Of a stretch of 64,000 nucleotides of DNA, positions 48,896-58,638 are shown piece by piece. The stretch's first letter is position 1; the number at the start of each line of letters is the position of its first letter. A program made the position numbers and the translations under genes. Source of the stretch: a virus; IMG/VR virus record IMGVR_UViG_3300035701_000003; one strand, written 5' to 3'. The notes below the pieces were generated by a model. It was given only the letters and a program-made list of their open reading frames with translations, was not told where the DNA came from and did no database searches.

Positions 48896-49429
48896 ATGCT
48901 TACTAAACAAGAAAAAGAAGAAAGATTACGAAAGTCAGAGGGTAAACCTCATATACAGGCGCAGAACGCCGAAGTAGGTAAAACTTATTTAACAGTCGGT
49001 ATGTTGTACAAAGTTAAAGTTTTGCAGATTGGTGAAATGGGGGTCTATGTGGATAGTGAAACCTCCGATACAAAAATTACTATATCGTCTAGCACTGAAT
49101 TAATTGAATATGACGACTCTTTATACATTTCCCCAAAAGGTTTAAACACAAATACAAATAATAATAAAGAAAGGAAGAATAAAAATATGGGCGAAAAATC
49201 AGAAGTAACTCTAGCAAGTATTATCGATCCTGGGTTGATGGCGGGTAAAACTCCAGAACAAATAGCAGATGAGATTATTGAAAAAATCCCAAGTAGGTTA
49301 GCCGATAGGAAGGGCTTGATACAAAGGATACGTGGTCCGAGGAAACATTATTTGATTAAGAAGTTGCAAAAAGAAGGTAAAGAAGTTCCAGTCCATCTTC
49401 TTTCCTGTAAAAAAAGCGAGAAAGAATAA
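48896..49429 (+). CDS. Hypothetical protein
   Basis: 177-aa ORF after GAAGGA and followed by a terminator. Confidence 0.6.
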   Translation: MLTKQEKEERLRKSEGKPHIQAQNAEVGKTYLTVGMLYKVKVLQIGEMGVYVDSETSDTKITISSSTELIEYDDSLYISPKGLNTNTNNNKERKNKNMGEKSEVTLASIIDPGLMAGKTPEQIADEIIEKIPSRLADRKGLIQRIRGPRKHYLIKKLQKEGKEVPVHLLSCKKSEKE

Positions 49430-49458
49430 ATAAACACTCCTGTATCTGTGTTCCGGTC

Positions 49459-49495
49459 AAAAACCCAAGTTATCTACAGCTTGGGTTTTTTATTT
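49459..49495 (+). terminator. Rho-independent terminator
   Basis: AAAAACCCAAG / CTTGGGTTTTT form an 11-bp stem with a 10-nt loop and a T-run. Confidence 0.8.
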
Positions 49496-49530
49496 CTTAC
49501 GTGTTTATTATTATAAAAAGGAATTAAATA

Positions 49531-50301
49531 ATGACGAATAAGATTGCGTTATCGGTGGAACTACCCATAGACCTTTTACGACTATCAGATTTACTCGATC
49601 AAGATTTTGTAATAGCGAGTTATTGTTTAGAGTATCCTTATTATCATGCTTTTTATAAAGAGCGTAGGCAAGAAAAAGAAGTGTTTACTTATCTTGACAA
49701 TGGTGCTTTTGAATTAGGTAAAAGTATTGATAGTAAAGAATATGGGAAGTTAATAGATGATATTCGCCCGCATGTTGTAGTATTACCAGATGTTGTGAAT
49801 AACGCTAGGGATACTGTACATGAATCTCGTAAATTCTTGAAATCTTTTACAAAAGACGTTCCTTGTTATATGGGGGTATTACAAGGTACCAGTCTTTCAG
49901 ATTATCTATATTGTTTATACTTCTACTTAAAGATGGCCGAACATTATCCTATAAGAGTGATAGGAATACCTTATCATTTATTCTATCGACCGACTCTTTT
50001 ACGTAAATATGGAATAAATGACATATGTAAAGAACATGAAATACAAATACATATACTAGGCTTACCTAATCCTTTTGAAATAGTACCTCTTCATAATTTT
50101 TCACAAGTTACATCTGTCGATACTTCTCTTCCTATTTCAGCAGCTTGGCAAGGGATGGATCTAGCCGCCTATAGCTGGGTCGAGGGATTTAGAGTAGCAG
50201 TAGACGCTGTGGTAGATGGACCTTCTCAAGATTTATCCGAACATAACATAGGATTTCTTAAACATCTCTGCCATAATATCTTACAGGAGCATTTGATATG
50301 A
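49531..50301 (+). CDS. TGT/DpdA-like base-exchange transglycosylase
   Basis: YLDNGAFE (cf. DSGGF), LPDV, GVLQG, IHILG, SVDTS; co-occurs with folE2, queE and queC. Confidence 0.7.
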   Translation: MTNKIALSVELPIDLLRLSDLLDQDFVIASYCLEYPYYHAFYKERRQEKEVFTYLDNGAFELGKSIDSKEYGKLIDDIRPHVVVLPDVVNNARDTVHESRKFLKSFTKDVPCYMGVLQGTSLSDYLYCLYFYLKMAEHYPIRVIGIPYHLFYRPTLLRKYGINDICKEHEIQIHILGLPNPFEIVPLHNFSQVTSVDTSLPISAAWQGMDLAAYSWVEGFRVAVDAVVDGPSQDLSEHNIGFLKHLCHNILQEHLI

Positions 50302-53300
50302 TTTTTGAAATGAAATACTATCCTTCATGTCATCCTGAAAATTGTAAAGAATGCCCTTTAGGGAAACAGGAGGGTATAAAAGTAGTACGCTCTATTTTAC
50401 CTTCTCACGCTAAAGTACTCTTTATAGGGGAAGGTCCTGGGGAAGTAGAGAATGAAAAAGGTATTCCTTTTGTAGGAAAAGCTGGCGAACTACTATCTCA
50501 AATTATGATAGAAGTGGGTATTAACAGGGATGACGTGGCTATTGCTAATACGGTGACTTGTAGACCTCCCGATAACAGAACTCCTACTACTAAAGAGATT
50601 AAAATCTGTTCTCAATTTTTACATTTAGAAATAGCCTCCTTAAAACCTTCTTTAATTGTTCCCTTGGGAGCAGTTGCTTTAAAAGTGATATATCCTTCCT
50701 TAGGTACTATAACTAAAGTAAGAGGAAAATTTGTAGACCATCCTGAATTGGGTTGTAAAATATTACCAGCTTTTCATCCATTTTATATTCTTAGGAATCC
50801 AACCGAAAGACATTTTCTAGTGGATGACTTAAAGAAAGTATCTGATTTTATGCATGGAAAAATTAGTATACCTGAGAAACAACCTACTTATTATCATACT
50901 ATAACTACTAGAAAACAATTAGATTGGGCTGTCGAACAATTACATAAAAATACTATATGGGCTTGTGATACTGAGACTACTTCTGTAAATCAATTAGAAG
51001 CGGAAGTGTTTATAATTACTTTCTCCTGGAAATCTCATAGCGCTATACTGATGGATTCTAGATTATTTAAAAACGATTTGGAATACTTTTGGGCTAAAGT
51101 AAAAGAAGTTATGGAGAATAATAGCTGCAAGATATTTCATAATGGGGGATATGATATTCAATGTTTTATAAACCATGGAATACAAGTTCAAAAATATCAC
51201 GCTGATACTATACTTATGTATTATATGCTCACTCAAACTATATTACCAGGTTTGGATAAGCTAACTTGGGATTTCTCCGATTTGGGGGGTTATGATTTAT
51301 TACTAGAAAGATATAAAAAAGAAAATACTATAAACTCTTATAAAGATATTCCGGTTGAAATAATACATCCTTACGCGTGTTCTGACGCTGATGTTACTCT
51401 CCGTTCTTATCTCGCTATGTTACCTCAGATTGAGAAACAACACCTTTCTTTTGTATTATTTGATATTATGATTCCGACTCAAAAAATATTACTTAGAGCC
51501 GAATATAACGGAGTATCTATCGATAAGAATTACTTGGATAAAACTATAGAAAAGTATACTAAGAAGATGCAAGACCAATTAACCGTAGTTAAGAATGTTC
51601 CTCAAGTAAGACAATTTGTAGAGGATAAACGAACTCAAGAAAAAGCTATATTAAAATCTAAATGGGAGAAATCTAAAACTTTAACTAAGAAGTATCCTGG
51701 TTTCGAAGATTATTTACAGGCACGCTTACTTAAGTCTCCGGATTCTTTAACTACCGAATTTAATATGAATTCCCCTAAACAGTTAAAAGAATTGCTTATA
51801 GATAAAATGGGATTAAAAATTATTAAGACTACAGCTACGGGACAGCCTTCAGTAGATGGGGAGGTATTAGAAGAGTATGCTAAACATAATTCGTTTTGTA
51901 ATGCTTTGCAGGAGTATCGAACTTTAAGTCATCTAAAGAGTACTTTTTTAGTTGGTATTCTAAATAGATTAACTTCTCAAAATAAGGTTCATACAGACTA
52001 CTTTTTATGCACCACCGACACTGGTAGAATCAGTTCTAGAGATCCCAACTTGGCTAATATTCCACGTACTGGTACTGCAGATGATATAAAAGATATTTTC
52101 TGTTCCGATCCTGGTGATTGGTTAATGGAAGCTGACTTAGCACAGGCGGAGTTCCGTTGTATAGAAGGTTCTCAAAAAGTATTAATGGAAGATTTTACTA
52201 CTAAGCCTATTAAAGAAATAAAAAAAGGAGATAGGGTATTAGCTATAGATGAATCTCCATTAAAAGGTTCCCCAAGGAGAAAATTTAAGGTAGCAGAAGT
52301 TTTAAAAACTCATTATCAAGGTAAAAAAGAATGCGTTAGAATTTCTTCTGAGGAGAATAGAATTATATGTACAAAGGATCATAAATTTTTGAAAAACTCT
52401 TCTAGAAACGAAAACTATGGGATAAACAGATGGGAAAGTCTTGAGACGAATGATTTATGTTATAATTTACCTATTTCTTATATAAAAAATAAAAAAGAGT
52501 ATCTTGAAGGCATGTTGTTTGGATTGTATCTAACAGATGGCCACTTAAAAAATGATACTGACTATCCTGTTTTAAGTATTTGTCAATCTGATAAGGAGAT
52601 AATTGATTGGGTTTTTACTTTTTTGAAGGATTACGGCTTTTCATGCAAGAGATTTTTTGATAAGCATGCTTATTATATTAGTTTAAGCAACAAGAAAGAA
52701 GTTACTAGGTTTCTAAAAATTTTCAGTAAAGAAAGATCTTTAGACTCCCAAAGAGGAATAGTGGCCGGAATGATATTAGGAGATGGTTGGATTGGAGGAG
52801 ATGGTTGGATTAGAGGCAATGATAAAACCTTTAAACAAACTGGTATTGGTATAGGTTTAAGTATTGTTCATCCCGAGGTTATGGAAATTTTATATAATTG
52901 TCTTAATTCTTTAAAAAATTGTTATTCTTTTACTTATAGAGTATATAATTTTCCTTATAAATCTGATAAAGAAAATAAACCCTTTTATCATTTTTATTTT
53001 TCTGCGATTTGTATGTTTTTATTTCCTCAGTTGATTCCGGGGAGAAAACAAAAAAGATTCTATGAAGTTTTACTTCGTTTTACCAGTTTACAGAATATTA
53101 ATAAAGTTAAAGTAAGGATAGAAAAATTACCTAAAGTTTATCCTACTTATGATTTAACTACTACTACCGGGACTTTTATTTGTGAAAACTTTTTAGTACA
53201 TAATTGTTGGATGGAATATTCTAGAGATCAGCAAGCCTTGGAGGATTTAAATAACGGATTAGACATTCATAAACTTATAGCTGCAGTAGCTTATCATGAT

Positions 53301-54002
53301 ATAAAGTTACCGAGAGATGCAATAAACAAGGAAACTTTTTTGGAATTAACTAAGGATGTAACTAAAGCCGAAAGACAAGATACTAAAACTATAGTGTTTG
53401 GAGTTATGTATGGAAGAGGTGCCCCCAGCGTAGCCGCCCAATTAGGAATAAGTACTTCTAAAGCCCGAAAGATTATAGATGTTTTCTTTAGTAGATACCC
53501 ACAAGCTTCTTTTTGGATTAAAACAACTATAGCTACTACCCGAAGAGACGGATATACTGTAAATTTATTTGGAAGAAGAAGAAGATTACCTGATATATTA
53601 TCCCCAATTCAGGGGGTGAGAGCTGCCGCTGAAAGACAAGCTATAAATGCACCCATCCAATCAGGGGCTTCGGATTTAACTTTCTTAGCTGGAGGCAGGA
53701 TATTCCGACACATATGGCAAAATAGAATGAAAACTCGGTTAGTATTAACCGTTTACGATTCTTTAGTATTTAATATTCCCGATAATGAATTAAAAACAAT
53801 AGTAGATTTAGTTAGTGTAGAGATGATTAAAAAACCTTTAGATTCGATAATGGTTCCCATTGGATGTGAAATAAAGGTAGGAACTCACTGGGGTACTCTT
53901 ATGGAGATAAATCCTAAGGAAGACTGGAATATCGTGTATAATAAACTTATAGAACATAAAAAATTAAAAGATGTTAAATTTACACAAAATAAAAGAGGTT
54001 AA
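50298..54002 (+). CDS. polA: Family A DNA polymerase with an N-terminal family-4 uracil-DNA glycosylase, a 3'-5' exonuclease and an intein
   Basis: CKECPL, GEGPG, CRPPDNR, HPFYILR (UDG4); CDTET, FHNGGYD, DADVT (exonuclease); TGRISSRDPN, DLAQAEFR, TKTIVFGVMYG, NAPIQS, TVYDS (PolA). Confidence 0.95.
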   Translation: MIFEMKYYPSCHPENCKECPLGKQEGIKVVRSILPSHAKVLFIGEGPGEVENEKGIPFVGKAGELLSQIMIEVGINRDDVAIANTVTCRPPDNRTPTTKEIKICSQFLHLEIASLKPSLIVPLGAVALKVIYPSLGTITKVRGKFVDHPELGCKILPAFHPFYILRNPTERHFLVDDLKKVSDFMHGKISIPEKQPTYYHTITTRKQLDWAVEQLHKNTIWACDTETTSVNQLEAEVFIITFSWKSHSAILMDSRLFKNDLEYFWAKVKEVMENNSCKIFHNGGYDIQCFINHGIQVQKYHADTILMYYMLTQTILPGLDKLTWDFSDLGGYDLLLERYKKENTINSYKDIPVEIIHPYACSDADVTLRSYLAMLPQIEKQHLSFVLFDIMIPTQKILLRAEYNGVSIDKNYLDKTIEKYTKKMQDQLTVVKNVPQVRQFVEDKRTQEKAILKSKWEKSKTLTKKYPGFEDYLQARLLKSPDSLTTEFNMNSPKQLKELLIDKMGLKIIKTTATGQPSVDGEVLEEYAKHNSFCNALQEYRTLSHLKSTFLVGILNRLTSQNKVHTDYFLCTTDTGRISSRDPNLANIPRTGTADDIKDIFCSDPGDWLMEADLAQAEFRCIEGSQKVLMEDFTTKPIKEIKKGDRVLAIDESPLKGSPRRKFKVAEVLKTHYQGKKECVRISSEENRIICTKDHKFLKNSSRNENYGINRWESLETNDLCYNLPISYIKNKKEYLEGMLFGLYLTDGHLKNDTDYPVLSICQSDKEIIDWVFTFLKDYGFSCKRFFDKHAYYISLSNKKEVTRFLKIFSKERSLDSQRGIVAGMILGDGWIGGDGWIRGNDKTFKQTGIGIGLSIVHPEVMEILYNCLNSLKNCYSFTYRVYNFPYKSDKENKPFYHFYFSAICMFLFPQLIPGRKQKRFYEVLLRFTSLQNINKVKVRIEKLPKVYPTYDLTTTTGTFICENFLVHNCWMEYSRDQQALEDLNNGLDIHKLIAAVAYHDIKLPRDAINKETFLELTKDVTKAERQDTKTIVFGVMYGRGAPSVAAQLGISTSKARKIIDVFFSRYPQASFWIKTTIATTRRDGYTVNLFGRRRRLPDILSPIQGVRAAAERQAINAPIQSGASDLTFLAGGRIFRHIWQNRMKTRLVLTVYDSLVFNIPDNELKTIVDLVSVEMIKKPLDSIMVPIGCEIKVGTHWGTLMEINPKEDWNIVYNKLIEHKKLKDVKFTQNKRG
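52158..53204 (+). mobile_element. Intein (349 aa) with a LAGLIDADG homing endonuclease in polA
   Basis: EFR|CIEGSQKV...CTKDHKF...YDLTTTTGTFICENFLVHN|C; LAGLIDADG-like motifs FGLYLTDGH and AGMILGDGWI. Confidence 0.92.
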
Positions 54003-54003
54003 G

Positions 54004-54288
54004 ATGCCTGCAACCTATGTGATTACAGCCGACGAAAAAGATCCCTCTAACTTTACTTACTGTAATAGGATTGTCAGCTTAACTTTATCGGAAGAGGAAT
54101 ACAAAAAATTAAAAGAAATTGTAGTGCCCATACTTACCAAGCCTACCCTATCTTCTACTCCTGTATTTCCTGGGGTATCAGATAAAGAAATTATAGACAC
54201 TGTCCGCAGTTTAGAGGGTGAATACGCTTGTAAATTTACAAAAGAACTCATAGCAGGAACTATACGAGATTATTTTATAGAATACTGA
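54004..54288 (+). CDS. Hypothetical protein
   Basis: ATG at 54004 follows GAGG, immediately after polA. Confidence 0.55.
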   Translation: MPATYVITADEKDPSNFTYCNRIVSLTLSEEEYKKLKEIVVPILTKPTLSSTPVFPGVSDKEIIDTVRSLEGEYACKFTKELIAGTIRDYFIEY

Positions 54289-54295
54289 GAAAATA

Positions 54296-54742
54296 ATGGG
54301 TATGAATTATTATATAGGAGGAACTAATACTCATATTGGTAAACGTTCCGCCGCCGGTTTTTATTGTTGGGAATGTAATATGACATTGCATAAAGGTGGA
54401 TTTCATGGAGTACATCTGGGATGTGTGGCACAAGGACATTCTCCAATGTGCGATTGTAACTGGTATAAAAAATGCCCTAAGTGCGGTAGACGTCCTTCAA
54501 AGGAAGATTTTCCAAACAATTCCGTAGGTAGAGAATTAGGTTTTAATACTTTACCTTTTAAACGTAAGAAAGGCGTTAGATCTTGCGCTTCTTTTACATG
54601 GGCTATTGTGAAAGAAAGACTTCCTATAAAAAGAAAGATAGTGGACGAAGTAGGGCGTAAGTATAGCAAGGAAGAATTTTTACAAATACTAGAAGAATGT
54701 CCTATACAATTTTATCATTTAATAGGAGAGGAATTTAGTTAA
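54296..54742 (+). CDS. Cys-rich hypothetical protein
   Basis: CWEC, CDC, CPKC. Confidence 0.55.
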   Translation: MGMNYYIGGTNTHIGKRSAAGFYCWECNMTLHKGGFHGVHLGCVAQGHSPMCDCNWYKKCPKCGRRPSKEDFPNNSVGRELGFNTLPFKRKKGVRSCASFTWAIVKERLPIKRKIVDEVGRKYSKEEFLQILEECPIQFYHLIGEEFS

Positions 54743-54979
54743 ATGTTAAAAAATGTTTGCGATGAATGCGGTAATAAATTAGCTACCCTTATTTATTTTG
54801 GAAATAACCCTATACCTAGTTTTAATAAACTTTCGGGGTTAGCTGGTAATCAAGGATTTTGTCTTTGCGATGATTGTAGATTAAAAGACGTAGCCGAATG
54901 GAAAAATATTATTATTTATAAGCATTATTGGAATAATGTAAGAATAATAATAAAGGAGTATAGTAATGGCATACAATGA
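54743..54979 (+). CDS. Small zinc-finger protein
   Basis: CDEC...CDDC. Confidence 0.5.
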   Translation: MLKNVCDECGNKLATLIYFGNNPIPSFNKLSGLAGNQGFCLCDDCRLKDVAEWKNIIIYKHYWNNVRIIIKEYSNGIQ

Positions 54980-55988
54980 GGGTGTTAAACGATTTTGGTC
55001 TTCTTTTTCTAAAGAAGAAAGAAGCCAAATAATGAAAGATAGGATGGCCCATTTAAAAGGTAAAAAAAGAGATTCTACTATAGGCGTAAAAGTATCTAAA
55101 TCAAAGACTGGTAAGCCTTTAACAAAAGCCCAAAAAGAAGGAGCTGAGAGAGCTGGTGAGAAATTAAGAGGAAGGAAAAGATTAGAAGAAATAAAAAGTA
55201 AAATTTCTAGTAGCATGATCCAAAAATGGGAACAAGGAATTCTTAAGTTATCAAAAAGAAAGGGTATTGGTGAATATTACGATTCTCTTTTACAAGGTAA
55301 AATATGGCTGAGAAGTTCCTCTGAAGTTAGGTTTGCTAGTTTTTTGGACTTATTGTCTATGGGGGGTAACTACTTTATATGGTTATATGAAGCAAAAAGA
55401 TATACTATAAGGGATGATAAAGGAGTTGTTACTTGCACGTACTGTCCAGATTTTTGGGTTATACCCTTATCCACAAAAGATATTAAACGTCAATTTGGAA
55501 CTGTTTCGTTAAATGAAAAACAAGTAGAAGAACTTTTAGAAGTTAGCAAGACTAAATATATAGTTGATGTGAAAGGATGGTTTAATAAATCTCATAGAAC
55601 TTACGAAAAAATACAAAAATTTAAACAACAATATCCTAATGAGATTTTCGATATAGTTCTAGATAGAAGGAAAGAATTAATAGAGGATAAATATGTAAAT
55701 GAAATTTTAAAACAATCTTTAGAAAGAATCGGCGTTAGCAGTAAAAAATATGGAGATTCTTATATTTTAGCGGATATGCCTAAGGAAATACAGGAGGAAA
55801 TTTACGACGTATTCGGGTGGTTTTTAATGAGTACTTCTAGATTATTAAGAGCGTTTAAAGATAAAGTTATTAGTATAGATAATATATTTTGGGAACAATT
55901 TTTAAATTATCAAAGTTCTAAGCATTTAACTTTCTTGAAAGATAGAGTAGAAGAAGAGTTAAAAAAGAGGGCTTCTACTGACTTATAA
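54966..55988 (+). CDS. Free-standing NUMOD3-type + PD-(D/E)XK putative homing endonuclease
   Basis: Basic repeats (SKSKTGKPLT, EEIKSKISSSM); RSSSEVRFA...YE...YCPDFW...VDVKGW. Confidence 0.65.
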   Translation: MAYNEGVKRFWSSFSKEERSQIMKDRMAHLKGKKRDSTIGVKVSKSKTGKPLTKAQKEGAERAGEKLRGRKRLEEIKSKISSSMIQKWEQGILKLSKRKGIGEYYDSLLQGKIWLRSSSEVRFASFLDLLSMGGNYFIWLYEAKRYTIRDDKGVVTCTYCPDFWVIPLSTKDIKRQFGTVSLNEKQVEELLEVSKTKYIVDVKGWFNKSHRTYEKIQKFKQQYPNEIFDIVLDRRKELIEDKYVNEILKQSLERIGVSSKKYGDSYILADMPKEIQEEIYDVFGWFLMSTSRLLRAFKDKVISIDNIFWEQFLNYQSSKHLTFLKDRVEEELKKRASTDL

Positions 55989-56109
55989 AAACAACTTTAA
56001 TAGTTGCTGAAAATACGTCTTATTTCAAGCATAAATGGTCTATAAACAACTTTTATAGCAAACATGATATAAAGTATAGTTTTAACGAAAAACAATGAGA
56101 TTTTAATAA

Positions 56110-57039
56110 ATGCCCACTTTAACTGTTACAGTCCCAAAAAGTACCCTTTTGATAGTAGATTCTGAGAGTTTAGTTCACAGGGCCTACCATGCCTTTACGG
56201 ATTCCCAAGACCCCCTTAGAACTACATCTGGTTTATTGAGCGGCGCTTTCTATGGTTTTTTTAATATGCTTCAAACTCAAATAGAACTATATGCCCCCGA
56301 AACTATTCTTTTTAGTTGGGGCGATAAAAGGTCTAATTTATTGAGAAGGAAGATTTACCCTGAATACAAAGGTAATAGACCAGAGGAATCTAAAATAGGA
56401 CTACAAGAGCAAATTTTTGATATAAAGCTATCTTTAGGTTCTATGGGTTTCTTACAATATTGGAGCCCTGGGTATGAAGCCGACGATGTGATTGCGGAAT
56501 TAGCCAAAAAGTACTCTTCTCAATTTCAATCATTTGGTAGTAAGTCAAAGATAGTTATTCTTTCCGCCGATAAAGATATGTTACAATTAGTAGACGCAAG
56601 AATAACAGTAGCTACTTTTTCTAATAATAATTTTACAGAATACGATACTGATAAAGTATTAAATAAATTTGGAGTGACTCCTGATTATTTATCGGATTAT
56701 TTTTCTTTAATAGGTGATAATAGTGATAATGTACCTGGGGTAGAAGGTATAGGCCCCAAAATAGCTTATAAACTTTTGAACGATAATGGGAAGATACAAG
56801 TTTGGTTTAATAATATACCTAACATAAACGCTACCGATAGCGTTAAACAAAAACTTATTAATAACAGAGAGACTTTAGTGTTAAGTAAGAAGTTAATTTC
56901 CTTGAAGTTACATAGTACTCCTTTGCAAAAATTAGATTTTAATACTATCGCCTCTCCCGATTTTATATTTGATAAGTATGAAATGAAGAAACTTAGACCT
57001 CATAATTTTTTATTTACTGAAAAGGGAGAATTAATATGA
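56110..57039 (+). CDS. 5'-3' exonuclease / flap endonuclease (PolI N-terminal-like)
   Basis: LIVDSESLVHRAYHA, YKGNR, YEADDVI, SADKDMLQL, GDNSDNVPGVEGIGPK. Confidence 0.92.
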   Translation: MPTLTVTVPKSTLLIVDSESLVHRAYHAFTDSQDPLRTTSGLLSGAFYGFFNMLQTQIELYAPETILFSWGDKRSNLLRRKIYPEYKGNRPEESKIGLQEQIFDIKLSLGSMGFLQYWSPGYEADDVIAELAKKYSSQFQSFGSKSKIVILSADKDMLQLVDARITVATFSNNNFTEYDTDKVLNKFGVTPDYLSDYFSLIGDNSDNVPGVEGIGPKIAYKLLNDNGKIQVWFNNIPNINATDSVKQKLINNRETLVLSKKLISLKLHSTPLQKLDFNTIASPDFIFDKYEMKKLRPHNFLFTEKGELI

Positions 57040-57332
57040 AAAAGATAACTTGGCAAGGACAAATCTTTGATTCAATTATAGCCTTTGATTGTAGAGTTGT
57101 AAAACTTAATAATTATTTTATTGTTATACCTATTAGTGTTAAAGAATATAGGGATAAGAATCCAACACAGGCCAAAGTTATTATTAAAGAAAAAGCAAAA
57201 GTAACCGAATTTATTATCTATGATGACTATGGTAAACCTTATTATATGGTTATTCCTAATACAATGAAAGAAGAGATTGAATTCGCCAAACAATCTGCAA
57301 TAAAAGAAAATTTAATTAAGGGAGAAATTTGA
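57036..57332 (+). CDS. Hypothetical protein
   Basis: 98 aa, ATGA overlap. Confidence 0.5.
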   Translation: MKKITWQGQIFDSIIAFDCRVVKLNNYFIVIPISVKEYRDKNPTQAKVIIKEKAKVTEFIIYDDYGKPYYMVIPNTMKEEIEFAKQSAIKENLIKGEI

Positions 57333-57590
57333 ATGTTAATAACTAAAAAAGATATGGAAAGGATAAAAGCCGAATCTGATAAATCTAAAAAACAATTTAA
57401 GAACCGAGCTTTAATGGTTATCGAAACTTTAGTTGGCGGCGATATTAATTATGGCAACATAGAAACTATGAAAATAGATATTTATGAAACAGCTCACGTT
57501 GCTTTAGGGGATTGTAAGAACGAACATTTAGACTGGCGAGACAAAGTAGAAAAACATTTTAAGGCTTTTGAAAAAGCAGGTTTAATTTAA
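57333..57590 (+). CDS. Hypothetical protein
   Basis: 85 aa, abuts the upstream stop. Confidence 0.5.
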   Translation: MLITKKDMERIKAESDKSKKQFKNRALMVIETLVGGDINYGNIETMKIDIYETAHVALGDCKNEHLDWRDKVEKHFKAFEKAGLI

Positions 57591-57622
57591 TAATTAGGAG
57601 TTTAAATTAAAATTTTATCAAT

Positions 57623-57829
57623 ATGGCACGTACTACAAAAAAGAATAGATATATGGGGTTTAGTTTAGGTAAACCTTACTATAGATATGCATCTTCTTTA
57701 AAGGAGGCTAAGAACCTCTTAAGGAAAGCTGCCTTAGAGGAAGTAGGTAAATATAACTTTAACGAGGTAGCTATCGAAGATCCCCCTGGTTCTAATAAGT
57801 ATAAAAAAATAGCTACTACTATTTTATAG
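57623..57829 (+). CDS. Hypothetical protein
   Basis: 68-aa basic ORF. Confidence 0.5.
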   Translation: MARTTKKNRYMGFSLGKPYYRYASSLKEAKNLLRKAALEEVGKYNFNEVAIEDPPGSNKYKKIATTIL

Positions 57830-57831
57830 TT

Positions 57832-58638
57832 ATGCCTTTAGATACTACTCAGATATTAACTAATTATCAATCTTATACTTCCTTTTTATTGAAGATACAA
57901 AAACTCTTCACTCATTATCTTTATAAAAATAGCGAAGCTTTACAATATGTTTATTCGCGACAGATAAACGACGACTACATTCAATACTATAAGATTGGCT
58001 TCGATCCTGGTATTGAAAAGATAAAAGAATTCGTTATTATGAATAAATTACCTTTTGAACTTTTATATGATACTAGGGTACTAATTACTAAAGAAGATAA
58101 AGAATACGATGTACTTTCCGAAAGGATAGTATTTCCTTTAGAAGATGTTTTAGGTAACATAACCGGTTTTAGTGGTAGAATATGGACTAAAGAACAAGAA
58201 ACTCTTTATGCTTCTAAATATACTCCTAAGTATATAAATACTTCCTCTAGTGATATTTTTTCTAAATCGTTAATATTGTATAACTTAAGAAACGCTATTC
58301 CTTTTATACAGAAACAAAATTGTTGTATATTAGTTGAAGGTATGATGGATGTGATATCTCTTTTTATGAGAGACGTTAGAAACGTAGTGGCGCCTTGCGG
58401 GACTTCTCTTACTCAAGAACATGCTTATTTACTAAAGTATTTTACAGATGAAGTAATAATACTTTATGACGGTGATGAACCTGGTAAGAAGTCTGCTTCT
58501 AAGGTTTTTGAATTATTAACTAAAACTAAAATTTCCGCTTATATAGTTTCCCTACCCTCTGGCGATCCCGATTCCTTTATAAAACAATTCGATAAGGACT
58601 ATCTCTTAAGATACATTTCCGATAACCGTACCGCTTGA
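57832..58638 (+). CDS. dnaG: DnaG primase catalytic core lacking the zinc-binding domain
   Basis: RIVFP, GFSGR, KYINTS...IFSKS..LYN, LVEGMMDV, APCGTSLT, YDGDEPG, DPD. Confidence 0.9.
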   Translation: MPLDTTQILTNYQSYTSFLLKIQKLFTHYLYKNSEALQYVYSRQINDDYIQYYKIGFDPGIEKIKEFVIMNKLPFELLYDTRVLITKEDKEYDVLSERIVFPLEDVLGNITGFSGRIWTKEQETLYASKYTPKYINTSSSDIFSKSLILYNLRNAIPFIQKQNCCILVEGMMDVISLFMRDVRNVVAPCGTSLTQEHAYLLKYFTDEVIILYDGDEPGKKSASKVFELLTKTKISAYIVSLPSGDPDSFIKQFDKDYLLRYISDNRTA

